Positions 45,064 through 53,387 of a stretch of DNA of 64,000 nucleotides are shown here, in pieces. The stretch is from an uncultured Solirubrobacterales bacterium (GTDB taxonomy: Bacteria; Actinomycetota; Thermoleophilia; Solirubrobacterales; 70-9). The stretch lies in contig CAVQIM010000003.1 of the NCBI GenBank assembly GCA_963712595.1, positions 17,662-81,661 of the forward strand, read 5' to 3'. The first letter of the stretch is position 1. Each line of letters opens with the position of its first letter. A program made the position numbers and the translations under genes. The notes under the pieces are model-generated. The model saw only the letters and a list, made by a program, of their open reading frames with translations. It searched no databases and was not told the origin of the DNA.

Positions 45064-45164
45064 CTGCCGTCGCTGGGGCAAGCATGGCAAGGACGCAGGG
45101 AGCGCAGCGTGCTCTGCACGTAAGCGACCGAGGACGCCGCCAGGCGCTGCCCCAGCGACGGCAG
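45064..45164 (+). repeat. Structured intergenic element, family-1 copy C2
   Basis: The 17-bp perfect outer helix pairs 45064-45080 (ctgccgtcgctggggca) with 45148-45164. The core caaggacgcagggagcgcagcgtgctctgcacgtaagcgaccgaggacgcc lies at 45088-45138. The right arm abuts the tRNA-Ser 3' end. Confidence 0.8.
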
Positions 45165-45254
45165 CGGAGAGGGTGGGATTCGAACCCACGAGGCGGGTTA
45201 ACCCCGCCCACGCGATTTCCAGTCGCGCTCCTTAAGCCACTCGGACACCTCTCC
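45165..45254 (-). tRNA. tRNA-Ser (GGA)
   Basis: The reverse complement begins GGAGAGG-TG-TCCGAGTGGCTTAAGGAG, has the anticodon arm CGCGA-CTGGAAA-TCGCG, a long variable arm, and ends GTGGG-TTCGAAT-CCCAC-CCTCTCC-G. Confidence 0.9.
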
Positions 45255-45274
45255 GGGAGATCAAGGGTATTGAC

Positions 45275-45742
45275 TCAGCGGCGCGCGGCGAAGAAGTCCG
45301 TGAGCAAGGCGGCGCACTCCCGCTCGAGCACTGCGGCGGTAACCGAGGGGCGGTGGTTGAGGGCGGGCTCGCCGAGCACGTCGAGGACGCTGCCGGCGGC
45401 GCCGGCCTTTGGATCGGGAGCGCCGTAGACGACCTCGGGGATGCGGGCGAGGACGATCGCGCCGGCGCACATAGCGCAGGGCTCGAGCGTGACGTAGAGC
45501 GTGGTGTTGGCAAGGCGCCAGCCGCCGAGCGCCCCTGCGGCGGCGCGGATTACGAGGATCTCGGCGTGCGCCGTGGGGTCGGCCCTGAGCTCGCGCTCGT
45601 TGCCGGCAGCGGCGAGAGGCTCGCCGTCACGGGCGATGACGGCACCGATGGGCACGTCGCCGTGAGCTTCGGCCTCACGGGCTTGCTCGATCGCCAGGGC
45701 CATCAGCCGCTCGTGCGCGGACATCGCTGCTTCGCCAGTCAT
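45275..45742 (-). CDS. tadA: tRNA-specific adenosine deaminase
   Basis: It has the deaminase motifs PTAHAEILVIR and LEPCAMCAGAI. The start is uncertain, with ATGs at 45742 and 45724. Confidence 0.88.
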   Translation of the reverse strand: MTGEAAMSAHERLMALAIEQAREAEAHGDVPIGAVIARDGEPLAAAGNERELRADPTAHAEILVIRAAAGALGGWRLANTTLYVTLEPCAMCAGAIVLARIPEVVYGAPDPKAGAAGSVLDVLGEPALNHRPSVTAAVLERECAALLTDFFAARR

Positions 45743-45836
45743 GCATCCGGGAGTATGTGGCACCAACACTTCACCGGCGGGCCGGTGTTAGGGGAGAGCT
45801 CGCTCGGTTGCAGGGATTACGCGAGCGTAGAGCCAG

Positions 45837-47186
45837 ATGAACCGACGCCTTCCGACCGCCGCCGCCGCGACCCTGCTCGCGGCGCTATTGCCGAGCGCCG
45901 CAACGGCGGGGACGGCGACGGACACCGCTTTGCCGCACGGATTCGTGGCGCGCCAGGTCGTGGTCAAGCTCGACGGACGCGGCCCGACGCGAACCCTTGG
46001 CCTGCCGCCGCAGGTCAGCCCGCTACGGGTTGCCGCGCGACTGCGCCGGAACCCGAATGTCGCCTATGCGGCGCCTAATTACCTCGCCACGGCATCGGTC
46101 GAGGCCCCGGCGCCCGAACGGGAAATCCCCGACGACCCGGGGCCGATCTCCGGCCCGCCCGGCCCGCCGGGAGGGTGGGTGACGAAGCAGTGGAACTTCC
46201 TGCCGTGGGAAGGCACGGCTACCCCGCTGCTGCCGATCTCCGCCGGTGGCATCGACGCCGTCACCGCCTGGGGGAACCTGGCCGCGAGCGGGCACCCGGG
46301 TGCCGAAGGCATCACCGTGGCGGTGCTCGACACGGGGATCGCCTACCGGGCGATGGGTGCGCGGTTCCGCCGCAGCCCCGACTTCACCTCCAACCAGTTC
46401 GTCCCTGGCTACGACTTCGTCGACGACGATCCGTTTCCGCTCGACGAGAACGGCCACGGGACCCACGTCGCCGGCACGATCGGAGAGAAGACCGGCAACG
46501 GGATAGGCCTCACCGGTCTCGCCTTCCGGGCGAAGCTGATGCCGGTTCGCGTCCTCGACGAGCACGGGCAGGGACGGGCAGATGACATCGCCCGGGGCAT
46601 CCGCTTTGCCGTGAGCCGGGGCGCCGACGTGATCAACATGAGCTTCAACTTCGGCTGCGAGCGCAGCGTGCCAGGAGTCGACGAAGCCCTCCGACAGGCC
46701 TACGATCGCGGCGTGGTCACCGTCGCCTCGGTCGGCAACCTCGGCTCGGAGACCTGCGTTGCGCCACCCGCCACCGGCCCCCACACGATCGGCGTCGGCA
46801 GCAGTACCGAGGGCGGCTGCCTGGGTCGCTACTCGCTTGCCGGGCAGGGGGTCGACGTACTCGCGCCAGGCGGAGGAACACCGATGCCGGACTGCCCTTC
46901 GGTGTCGGCGGGAGCGATCTACCAGGTGACTCTGAAAGACGGCAGCACTCGCCGCTTCGGCGAGCCGAGCAACTACGTCGGCACCTCGATGGCGGCCGCC
47001 CACGTCTCCGGGGTGGCGGCGATGATCCTCGCCAGCGGCACCCTTGACCCAAAAGCAAGGAAACGCGGCAAGGTCGCCGCGGTGACGAAGCGGCTGCGCC
47101 TCACCGCCCGCGACCTGGGGCTGCCGGCGACGCGCCAGGGGGCGGGCCTGATCGACGCCGGCCGGGCCACCTCACCCAGCCCCTGA
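45837..47186 (+). CDS. Secreted S8-family (subtilisin-like) serine peptidase
   Basis: 449-aa ORF with a signal peptide. The catalytic contexts are VAVLDTGI (Asp), GHGTHVAGTIG (His) and GTSMAAAHVSG (Ser). Confidence 0.9.
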   Translation: MNRRLPTAAAATLLAALLPSAATAGTATDTALPHGFVARQVVVKLDGRGPTRTLGLPPQVSPLRVAARLRRNPNVAYAAPNYLATASVEAPAPEREIPDDPGPISGPPGPPGGWVTKQWNFLPWEGTATPLLPISAGGIDAVTAWGNLAASGHPGAEGITVAVLDTGIAYRAMGARFRRSPDFTSNQFVPGYDFVDDDPFPLDENGHGTHVAGTIGEKTGNGIGLTGLAFRAKLMPVRVLDEHGQGRADDIARGIRFAVSRGADVINMSFNFGCERSVPGVDEALRQAYDRGVVTVASVGNLGSETCVAPPATGPHTIGVGSSTEGGCLGRYSLAGQGVDVLAPGGGTPMPDCPSVSAGAIYQVTLKDGSTRRFGEPSNYVGTSMAAAHVSGVAAMILASGTLDPKARKRGKVAAVTKRLRLTARDLGLPATRQGAGLIDAGRATSPSP

Positions 47187-47284
47187 CGGTCCCTGGCCGA
47201 GCAGGTCAAGGACGCAGGGGGCGAAGCGTGCTCTGCACGTGAGCGACCGAGGACGCCGAGATGCGACAGCCAGAGGCCGTCAGG
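47183..47284 (+). repeat. Structured intergenic element, family-1 copy C3, between convergent genes
   Basis: The core lies at 47207-47257. A 73-nt block (47193-47265) matches copy C4 at 71 of 73 positions. The imperfect outer helix pairs ctgacggtccctggc with gccagaggccgtcag and includes both flanking stop codons. Confidence 0.78.
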
Positions 47285-47723
47285 TGGTTCGGACGATGAT
47301 CACGCTGCATGGCGCGTGATGGGAGACGTTGTTGGGGACGCTGCCCAGGAGAAAGCGGCGGGCGCCGGTCATCCCCTTGTTGCCGACCACGATCAGGTCG
47401 GCCTTGGTCTCTTCGGCGACGTTGAGGATCGCCTCGGCGGGATCGGCCTGAACCGGATGCGTCTGCACCTCCAGGCCCTCTTTCTTGGCGGCGGCAGCGG
47501 CGGCGTCGAGGACGAGGTTGACGTCCTCGCGGGGACCGATCTCGTACTGGACGTCGGCCGGGGCGTCCAGCTTCTCGCCCTCCACTCGGCGCTTTGGCAC
47601 CGGTTCGTAGGCACTGACGATGCTCAGCGTGGCACCGGCGAGCTTGGCGAGGTCGACTGCCTGCCGCACCGCCTCGGCGGCGGTATCGGACCCATCCGTT
47701 CCAACCACGATGCGAGTGAACAC
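47280..47723 (-). CDS. Universal stress protein (UspA family)
   Basis: GTG at 47721-23, preceded by GGAGGGGG. Sequence runs VFTRIVVGTDGSDTAAEAV...LIVVGNKGMTGARRFLLGSVPNNVSHHAPCSVIIV. Confidence 0.88.
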   Translation of the reverse strand: MFTRIVVGTDGSDTAAEAVRQAVDLAKLAGATLSIVSAYEPVPKRRVEGEKLDAPADVQYEIGPREDVNLVLDAAAAAAKKEGLEVQTHPVQADPAEAILNVAEETKADLIVVGNKGMTGARRFLLGSVPNNVSHHAPCSVIIVRTT

Positions 47724-47760
47724 GCCCCCTCCTCTGCTCGGTCGCTGAACGCGGCTGATA

Positions 47761-47913
47761 CTAACGCCGCTGGTCGGCGCGGACGGGAAGGCCGCGGAAG
47801 CCGTCGCCGAGAATTTCGGTTGGCGTGGTGGCGAGGCGGTAGATCGCAATCGCCATCGATGCGAGAAGGCAGACGATCAGGATCGTCATCCCGGCTTTCC
47901 AAATCCCTGGCAT
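47761..47913 (-). CDS. Possible 50-aa single-TM protein
   Basis: MPGIWKAGMTILIVCLLASMAIAIYRLATTPTEILGDGFRGLPVRADQRR. Third codon positions are mostly G or C. No clear SD. It is the tail of an otherwise implausible 456-aa track ORF. Confidence 0.35.
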   Translation of the reverse strand: MPGIWKAGMTILIVCLLASMAIAIYRLATTPTEILGDGFRGLPVRADQRR

Positions 47914-47928
47914 TAGGCTGATCTCATC

Positions 47929-48639
47929 ATGGAAAAGGTGACCGACGGGGTCTGGCTGTTGCGGGGCGACCTGGGCAAGTCGATGAACGTCTACTTCCTC
48001 GAGGGCGAGGAGGGGCTGGTGCAATTCGACGCCGGCAGCAAGGCGATGACGAAGGGCGCACGGGCGGCGGCCGAGCAGCTCGGCGGGTTGAAGCGGGTGG
48101 TGCTTGGGCACGCGCACGCCGACCACCGCGGCACCGCGCCCTCGATGGGTGTGCCCGTCTACTGCCATCCCGACGAAGTCGCCGACGCCGAAAACGACGC
48201 CTCCATCGCCCCTTATATGGATCTCTCGCAGCTGCCGGTCGCTCCGGTGCGTTGGATCTACCCGATGCTGCTGCGGCGCTGGGACGGCGGCGCGGTCGAG
48301 ATCGCCGGCACGGTGTCCGAGGGCGACGAGGTCGCCGGCTTCCGCGTCCTGCACTTCCCCGGACACGCGCCGGGGCTGATCGGCCTCTGGCGAGAGAGCG
48401 ACCGGGTGGCGATCGTCAGCGACGTCGTCTACCTCGTCGACTCGACACGGCTTCGGCCGCTGCCGCCGGGCGAGGCGAGCGTTCCCCACCCCGCCTGGGC
48501 CTGGAACCACGCCAAGGCGAAGGAGTCGGTGCGCAAGCTGGCCGCGCTCGAGCCGACGCTCGTCTGCACCGGGCACGAGCGCCCGCTGCGCGGGGAGAAC
48601 CTGCGGGAGACGCTGGAGCGAGCAGCGGACAAGTACTGA
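47929..48639 (+). CDS. MBL-fold metallo-hydrolase
   Basis: 236-aa ORF with the HxHxDH motif (LGHAHADHRG). Confidence 0.85.
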   Translation: MEKVTDGVWLLRGDLGKSMNVYFLEGEEGLVQFDAGSKAMTKGARAAAEQLGGLKRVVLGHAHADHRGTAPSMGVPVYCHPDEVADAENDASIAPYMDLSQLPVAPVRWIYPMLLRRWDGGAVEIAGTVSEGDEVAGFRVLHFPGHAPGLIGLWRESDRVAIVSDVVYLVDSTRLRPLPPGEASVPHPAWAWNHAKAKESVRKLAALEPTLVCTGHERPLRGENLRETLERAADKY

Positions 48640-48684
48640 GCCGAGGCGCGCTCGCCGTCCTCGCTGCCATAGTTTCCGCCCCTG

Positions 48685-51057
48685 ATGATCGGGACCTACG
48701 CCTCGGCGGCGCTGATCTGCGCCGTCTCGCTGCTGGTGGGACGCGCCATCCTCAGCCTCGCCGGCGGGGATGGCTCGCGCGCCTGGCTGGGGCCGGCGGT
48801 CGGGTTCGGAGCTGTCCTCACCGTGAGTGGCTTCCTCTCGCGAGCCCCGGGCCACGCGACCGCTGCCGCGCTTGGCCTGATCGGGCTGGTTGCCGTGGCG
48901 GCGCTCCTGCTCTGGCGCAAACCCAGCGCCTCCCCGAGTCTCCTCCGGGAGGCGCTGCCAGTTGCCGCGATAGTCGTCCTGGTCCTCTCCATCCCCTTCG
49001 CGATCAGCGGCCGCTGGGGTCTGCTCGGGGTCGGCTTCAACAACGACCTCGGCCTCCACCTGGCCTGGGCGGAGTGGCTGCGCAACGGCCTCGGACCCGC
49101 TCCGGAAGCGGGCTACCCGCTTGGGCCGCACGCGCTGGCGGCGACACTCGCGGCTCTGCCGGGGATCGGGCTGGGCCAGGCCTTCGTCGGTGAGATCTTC
49201 GCGATCGGGGTGCTCACCGCGCTGACCGCGCTCGCGGCGCTCGCCGACCTCGGCCCGGTTCGCCGGTGGCTGGCGGCGAGCCTGGTGGCGATCTCCTATC
49301 TCGGCGCCTCCTACTTCGCCCAGGGCGCCTTCAAGGAGACCGCGGAGGCGCTCTTCGTGCTGGCCTTCGCCCTGTCGCTGCGCGAACCGGGCCGACCGCC
49401 CGCCGACGTCTGGCCGCGACTCCTCTTCGTCCTCCCCTACCTGGCGATCGCCGGCGGCATCTTCTTCTCCTACAGCTTCGCCGGACTAGCCTGGCCAGTC
49501 GCGATCCTCGCTCTCTGGGCGATAGCGGTCCCGGAGCCGAGGCGGGCGCTGGCGCCACGGTCGCTGATGCGGATCCTGTCGCGGCCAACGACGCTGCTCG
49601 CGATCGTCCTGCTCGGTGGCCTCGCGGTGCTGCTGACTCTGGTCGGCCCCTACGCCTTCGTCCACGGCTTCAACCGGGTCGCCGGCACCAATACCTACGG
49701 GCCGGTCTCACCGCTCGAGGCGCTCGGCATATGGCCAGCGTCCAATTATCGCCTCGACGCCGCAGGGGGCGCCCACCTCACGGGCCTCGTGGGAGCGGTG
49801 GCGGTACTTGCGGTGGTGGTCGGAGCCGCCTGGTGGCTGCGGCGGCGAGACCTCGCTCCCCCGATCGCGCTCCTCGCCTGCACCGTCCTCTACCTCGCCG
49901 CGCTGGCGACCAGCGGCGAGTACTCGCAGGCCAAGGCCCTGATGATCGCCGCCCCCCTGGCGATGCTGGTAGCGATCCGCCCCCTCCTCTCCGAGCTGAC
50001 CGGAGCTCGAGTTCGCCTTTTGTCTCGGTATCCGAGACAAAAGGCGAACTCAGCGGGGTGGTTGGTGCGGGCTGGGTGGACGGTGCTGGGGGTGGCGTTT
50101 GTGGGCGGGGCTGTGTACTCGAGCCTGCTGGTGTTGCGAGACGCGCCGGTGGGGCCGCCAGGGCACGGCGCCGAGCTGCGCGCGTTCGTGCCGGTCCTGC
50201 ACGGCGAACCCGTGCTCTACGCCGGCCAGGACCGCTATGCCGCCTACGAGCTGCTCGGCGCCGATACACACGTGCCGCTGGTCGAGTTCCCCGACGCCGA
50301 CGTCTCGCCGAACCCCGAGAAGCCGTTCGACACCGGCGACGCCTACAGCCCGATCGACTTCGACTCCTTCTCGCGCGGCACGCTCGATCGCTTCCCCTAC
50401 GTGATCACTGGGCGCGCCGCCTGGAACAGCGAAGCGCCGCCCGGCTTCCGCCAGGTCGCCGCCACCGACTCCTACCTGCTTTGGAAGCGGACCGGACCGC
50501 CGCCGCACGACCGTCACGTGCTGCTGGAGGGGACCGAGCCGGCGGCCCACGCCGACTGCGCCGCGCCGGAGATCCGCATCCTCACCTCCAATGCCGGCAG
50601 GGCGTCGCTCTTTCCCGGCGCGGTGATCGGTGGCAAGGGACGCTGGAGCCCCTCCCCCGCCCTGCAGAGCGGGGAGCGCGCCTCGCAGATCATGCGCCTC
50701 CCGGCGGGACGCTGGCGTCTCTCGCTGCAGTACTTCTCACCCTTCGACCTCACTCTCTCGGCGCCCGGCCTGCGGCAGCCGCTGGTCGCTGGGCTCGACG
50801 GCCAGCGCCCCAACACGATCAGCCTCGCCAACGACGGTCAGTTTTGGCCCGCCGGCGAGGTCCGCAGCGACGGCCGGCCGCTCGAGCTCACGATCGCCGC
50901 CGCCGAGCCCAGCACGTTGCAGCGACTAACCGGCTACACGGGAAAAGCGACGCTCGGCGAGTTGGCCGCCGTGCCGGACCGGCCACACCGGATCGTGCCG
51001 CTGGGCCAGGCCTGCGGCGCCTGGATCGACTGGTACGAAGCCCAAGAAGCGCCCTAA
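48685..51057 (+). CDS. Large polytopic membrane protein with a C-terminal extracytoplasmic domain (GT-C-like glycosyltransferase is a guess)
   Basis: 790-aa ORF. The first roughly 480 aa contain about 12 or more hydrophobic segments, followed by a soluble domain of about 300 aa. I recognised no diagnostic motif by eye. Confidence 0.6.
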   Translation: MIGTYASAALICAVSLLVGRAILSLAGGDGSRAWLGPAVGFGAVLTVSGFLSRAPGHATAAALGLIGLVAVAALLLWRKPSASPSLLREALPVAAIVVLVLSIPFAISGRWGLLGVGFNNDLGLHLAWAEWLRNGLGPAPEAGYPLGPHALAATLAALPGIGLGQAFVGEIFAIGVLTALTALAALADLGPVRRWLAASLVAISYLGASYFAQGAFKETAEALFVLAFALSLREPGRPPADVWPRLLFVLPYLAIAGGIFFSYSFAGLAWPVAILALWAIAVPEPRRALAPRSLMRILSRPTTLLAIVLLGGLAVLLTLVGPYAFVHGFNRVAGTNTYGPVSPLEALGIWPASNYRLDAAGGAHLTGLVGAVAVLAVVVGAAWWLRRRDLAPPIALLACTVLYLAALATSGEYSQAKALMIAAPLAMLVAIRPLLSELTGARVRLLSRYPRQKANSAGWLVRAGWTVLGVAFVGGAVYSSLLVLRDAPVGPPGHGAELRAFVPVLHGEPVLYAGQDRYAAYELLGADTHVPLVEFPDADVSPNPEKPFDTGDAYSPIDFDSFSRGTLDRFPYVITGRAAWNSEAPPGFRQVAATDSYLLWKRTGPPPHDRHVLLEGTEPAAHADCAAPEIRILTSNAGRASLFPGAVIGGKGRWSPSPALQSGERASQIMRLPAGRWRLSLQYFSPFDLTLSAPGLRQPLVAGLDGQRPNTISLANDGQFWPAGEVRSDGRPLELTIAAAEPSTLQRLTGYTGKATLGELAAVPDRPHRIVPLGQACGAWIDWYEAQEAP
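50009..50051. repeat. Perfect 20-bp inverted repeat with a 3-nt loop inside the membrane-protein CDS
   Basis: gagttcgccttttgtctcgg-tat-ccgagacaaaaggcgaactc. It is in frame, lies within the codons for ARVRLLSRYPRQKANS (a region slightly larger than the 43-nt repeat), and is visibly less GC-rich than its flanks. Confidence 0.85.
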
Positions 51058-51152
51058 AGCAGCCTGGCCGAGCAGGTCAAGGACGCAGGGCGCGAAGCGT
51101 GCTCTGCACGTGAGCGACCGAGGGCGCCGAGATGCGCCGGTCAGGCGGCTTT
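51056..51152 (+). repeat. Structured intergenic element, family-1 copy C4, between convergent genes
   Basis: The core lies at 51078-51128. The 73-nt block 51064-51136 matches C3 at 71 of 73 positions. The outer helix pairs aaagcagcctggccg with ccggtcaggcggcttt (about 14 of 16) and overlaps both stop codons. Confidence 0.78.
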
Positions 51153-52067
51153 AGCGGCTAGGCGCTCGGGGGGGACGCGAACTACATCCCAGGCCAATCC
51201 AGCTCGCTCGAGGCTGTCGATCACCAGGGCGGAGATGTCGAGCTGCCAGCGACCGAGGCCGTGCACGGCAGAGGTGGGGAAGGCGTGGTGGTTGTTGTGC
51301 CAGGCCTCGCCGAAGGTGGGGATTGCGATCAGGGCGAGGTTGCGCGACTCGTCGGCGGTCTCGAAGTCGCGATTGCCGAAGACGTGGCAAAGCGAGTTGA
51401 TGCTGTAGGTGAAGTGGTGCAAGACGAAGACGCGGACGAGGCCGCCCCAGAGCAGGCCCGTGATCGCGGCGAAGAGGGTGCCGCCGATGACCCAGCCGAG
51501 CGCGAACGGAAGCAGGAGGCCACCGATCGCCCAGAGCAGAAAAGTGCGGTCGACCCAGCTGATCACCGGGTCCTCGAGCAAGTCGGGGGCGAAGCGTTCC
51601 TTGTTGCCGCGCTGGGTGTGGATGAAGAGCCATCCCATGTGAGCGTGAAAGAGGCCCCGCGTGGCGCCCGCCCAGCCGTGCCCGTGGTCGACGTGGGGGC
51701 TGTGGGGATCGCCCTCTTCGTCGGAGAAGGCATGGTGCTTGCGATGGTCGGCGACCCAGCTGATCACAGGCCCCTCGATCGCGGCCGAGCCGAGGATCCC
51801 CAGCAGGCCGTGCATCCACTTCGTCGTCTTGAAGCTGCGGTGGGTGAGGTGGCGGTGGAATCCGACCGTGATTCCAAGCCCGGTGAACAGGTACATGCCC
51901 ACGAAGAGGAAGACGTCGCTCCAATGCAGGGCCTTGCCCCACACCTGCCATGCGGCGAGCCCGATCGCCACGAACGGGACCAGCGTCACCAGGCCGGTGA
52001 TGATGCGATCGCGCGTCTCGTTGGCGACCGGCTGGATATCGGATGGGAGGGGTCCCGCACCTGCCAT
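51141..52067 (-). CDS. Membrane acyl-CoA / acyl-lipid desaturase (delta-9-type histidine boxes)
   Basis: 308-aa ORF with histidine boxes HRHLTHRSF, HRKHHAFSD and HNNHHAF. Confidence 0.9.
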   Translation of the reverse strand: MAGAGPLPSDIQPVANETRDRIITGLVTLVPFVAIGLAAWQVWGKALHWSDVFLFVGMYLFTGLGITVGFHRHLTHRSFKTTKWMHGLLGILGSAAIEGPVISWVADHRKHHAFSDEEGDPHSPHVDHGHGWAGATRGLFHAHMGWLFIHTQRGNKERFAPDLLEDPVISWVDRTFLLWAIGGLLLPFALGWVIGGTLFAAITGLLWGGLVRVFVLHHFTYSINSLCHVFGNRDFETADESRNLALIAIPTFGEAWHNNHHAFPTSAVHGLGRWQLDISALVIDSLERAGLAWDVVRVPPERLAAKAA

Positions 52068-52158
52068 TGCAGGCAGCGATCATACGGCCCAGGGCAACGG
52101 GAGAAGGTAAATCCACCGGGAGCGGCTCCTCCGCGCCGATAGTCTGCGGGGCCACCGT

Positions 52159-53367
52159 ATGCCTTTCTCGAGCACCGCGCCCCTGCGGCGCGAGATCGAA
52201 GCGCGGATTCCCCAGCGACCGTTCGCAGTCGAGTTTTGGGACGGGACGCAACTGCCGGCGACCGCCGAGGGCGGGGGCCCTACCTTCTTCGTGCGCTCCC
52301 CCCGCGCCGCCGCGCACGCGCTGCGCGCACCAGGGCAGCTGGGCCTGGGTCGCGCCTACGTCAGCGGCGAGATCGAGGTCGACGACATCGACGCCGTGAT
52401 CGAGCTGCTCGACAGCTGGCAGCCACCACCGCTGGAAGGAGGCGACAAGGCGCGGCTCCTGGTCGGCGCCGTTCGCGCCGCCGGCTTGACCCGGCCGCCA
52501 CGACGACCCGCCTCGGAGCTGAGGCCGAGCGGCCGCCGCCACAGCAAGGAGCGCGATGCGGAGGCGGTGCGCCATCACTACGACGTCTCCAACGAGTTCT
52601 TCTCGCTCTTCCTCGACGACTCGATGACCTACAGCTGCGCGATCTTCGCCCGCGGGGCGGAGACGCTGGAGGCCGCCCAGGAGGAGAAGCTGGAGACCGT
52701 GGCCCGCAAGCTGGCGCTCGAGGAGGGCGAGCGCGTGCTCGACGTCGGCTGCGGTTGGGGCAGCTTTCCACTCTGGGCCGCGACCCGACACGGCGCCCGG
52801 GTCCTGGGGATCACCCTCTCGCCACCGCAAGCGGAACGCGCCCGGCAGCGGGCCGAGGCCGCCGGGGTCGGCGACCGGGTCGAGATCCGGGTCATGGATT
52901 ACCGCGATCTCGCCGGGGAGCGCTTCGACGCGATCGCCAGCATCGGCATGGTCGAGCACGTCGGCGAGGCCCAGATCGACGTCTATGCGCGAACGCTGGC
53001 CGGCCTGCTCGAGCCCGGTGGGCGCCTGCTCAACCACGGCATCGCCCGGCTTCGCCACACCGACCCCGAGGCCGGTCCCTTCTCGGAGCGCTACGTCTTC
53101 CCCGATGCCGAGCCCCTGCACCTCTCGCGCGTCCTCCTGGCGCTGGAACGAGCCGGCTTCGTCACCCATCACGTCGAGGACTTCGGCGCCGACTACGCCG
53201 AGACCCTGCGCCACTGGGCTCGCCGGCTCGACCAGAGCCTGGACGACGCGGTGCGCCTCGCGGGCCCTGAGCGCGTCCGCGTCTGGCGCCTCTATCTGCG
53301 CATGGCGCGCCGTGGCTTCGAGACGGGCTTTCTCTCGATCTACCAGGCCCGCTGCAGCCTCGGCTGA
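52159..53367 (+). CDS. Cyclopropane-fatty-acyl-phospholipid-synthase-family SAM-dependent methyltransferase
   Basis: 402-aa ORF containing HYDVSNEFFSLFLDDSMTYSCAIF and the SAM motif VLDVGCGWG. Confidence 0.88.
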   Translation: MPFSSTAPLRREIEARIPQRPFAVEFWDGTQLPATAEGGGPTFFVRSPRAAAHALRAPGQLGLGRAYVSGEIEVDDIDAVIELLDSWQPPPLEGGDKARLLVGAVRAAGLTRPPRRPASELRPSGRRHSKERDAEAVRHHYDVSNEFFSLFLDDSMTYSCAIFARGAETLEAAQEEKLETVARKLALEEGERVLDVGCGWGSFPLWAATRHGARVLGITLSPPQAERARQRAEAAGVGDRVEIRVMDYRDLAGERFDAIASIGMVEHVGEAQIDVYARTLAGLLEPGGRLLNHGIARLRHTDPEAGPFSERYVFPDAEPLHLSRVLLALERAGFVTHHVEDFGADYAETLRHWARRLDQSLDDAVRLAGPERVRVWRLYLRMARRGFETGFLSIYQARCSLG

Positions 53368-53387
53368 GCCGTACCGAGGGGACTCGC

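Noticed and set aside
45088-45123. A small peptide ORF within the family-1 core (QGRRERSVLCT-stop, with a conserved stop in C2-C4).
   Set aside because: There is no start codon or SD. The hairpin swap in C1 destroys the peptide while keeping the nucleotide flanks, so conservation is at the nucleic-acid level.
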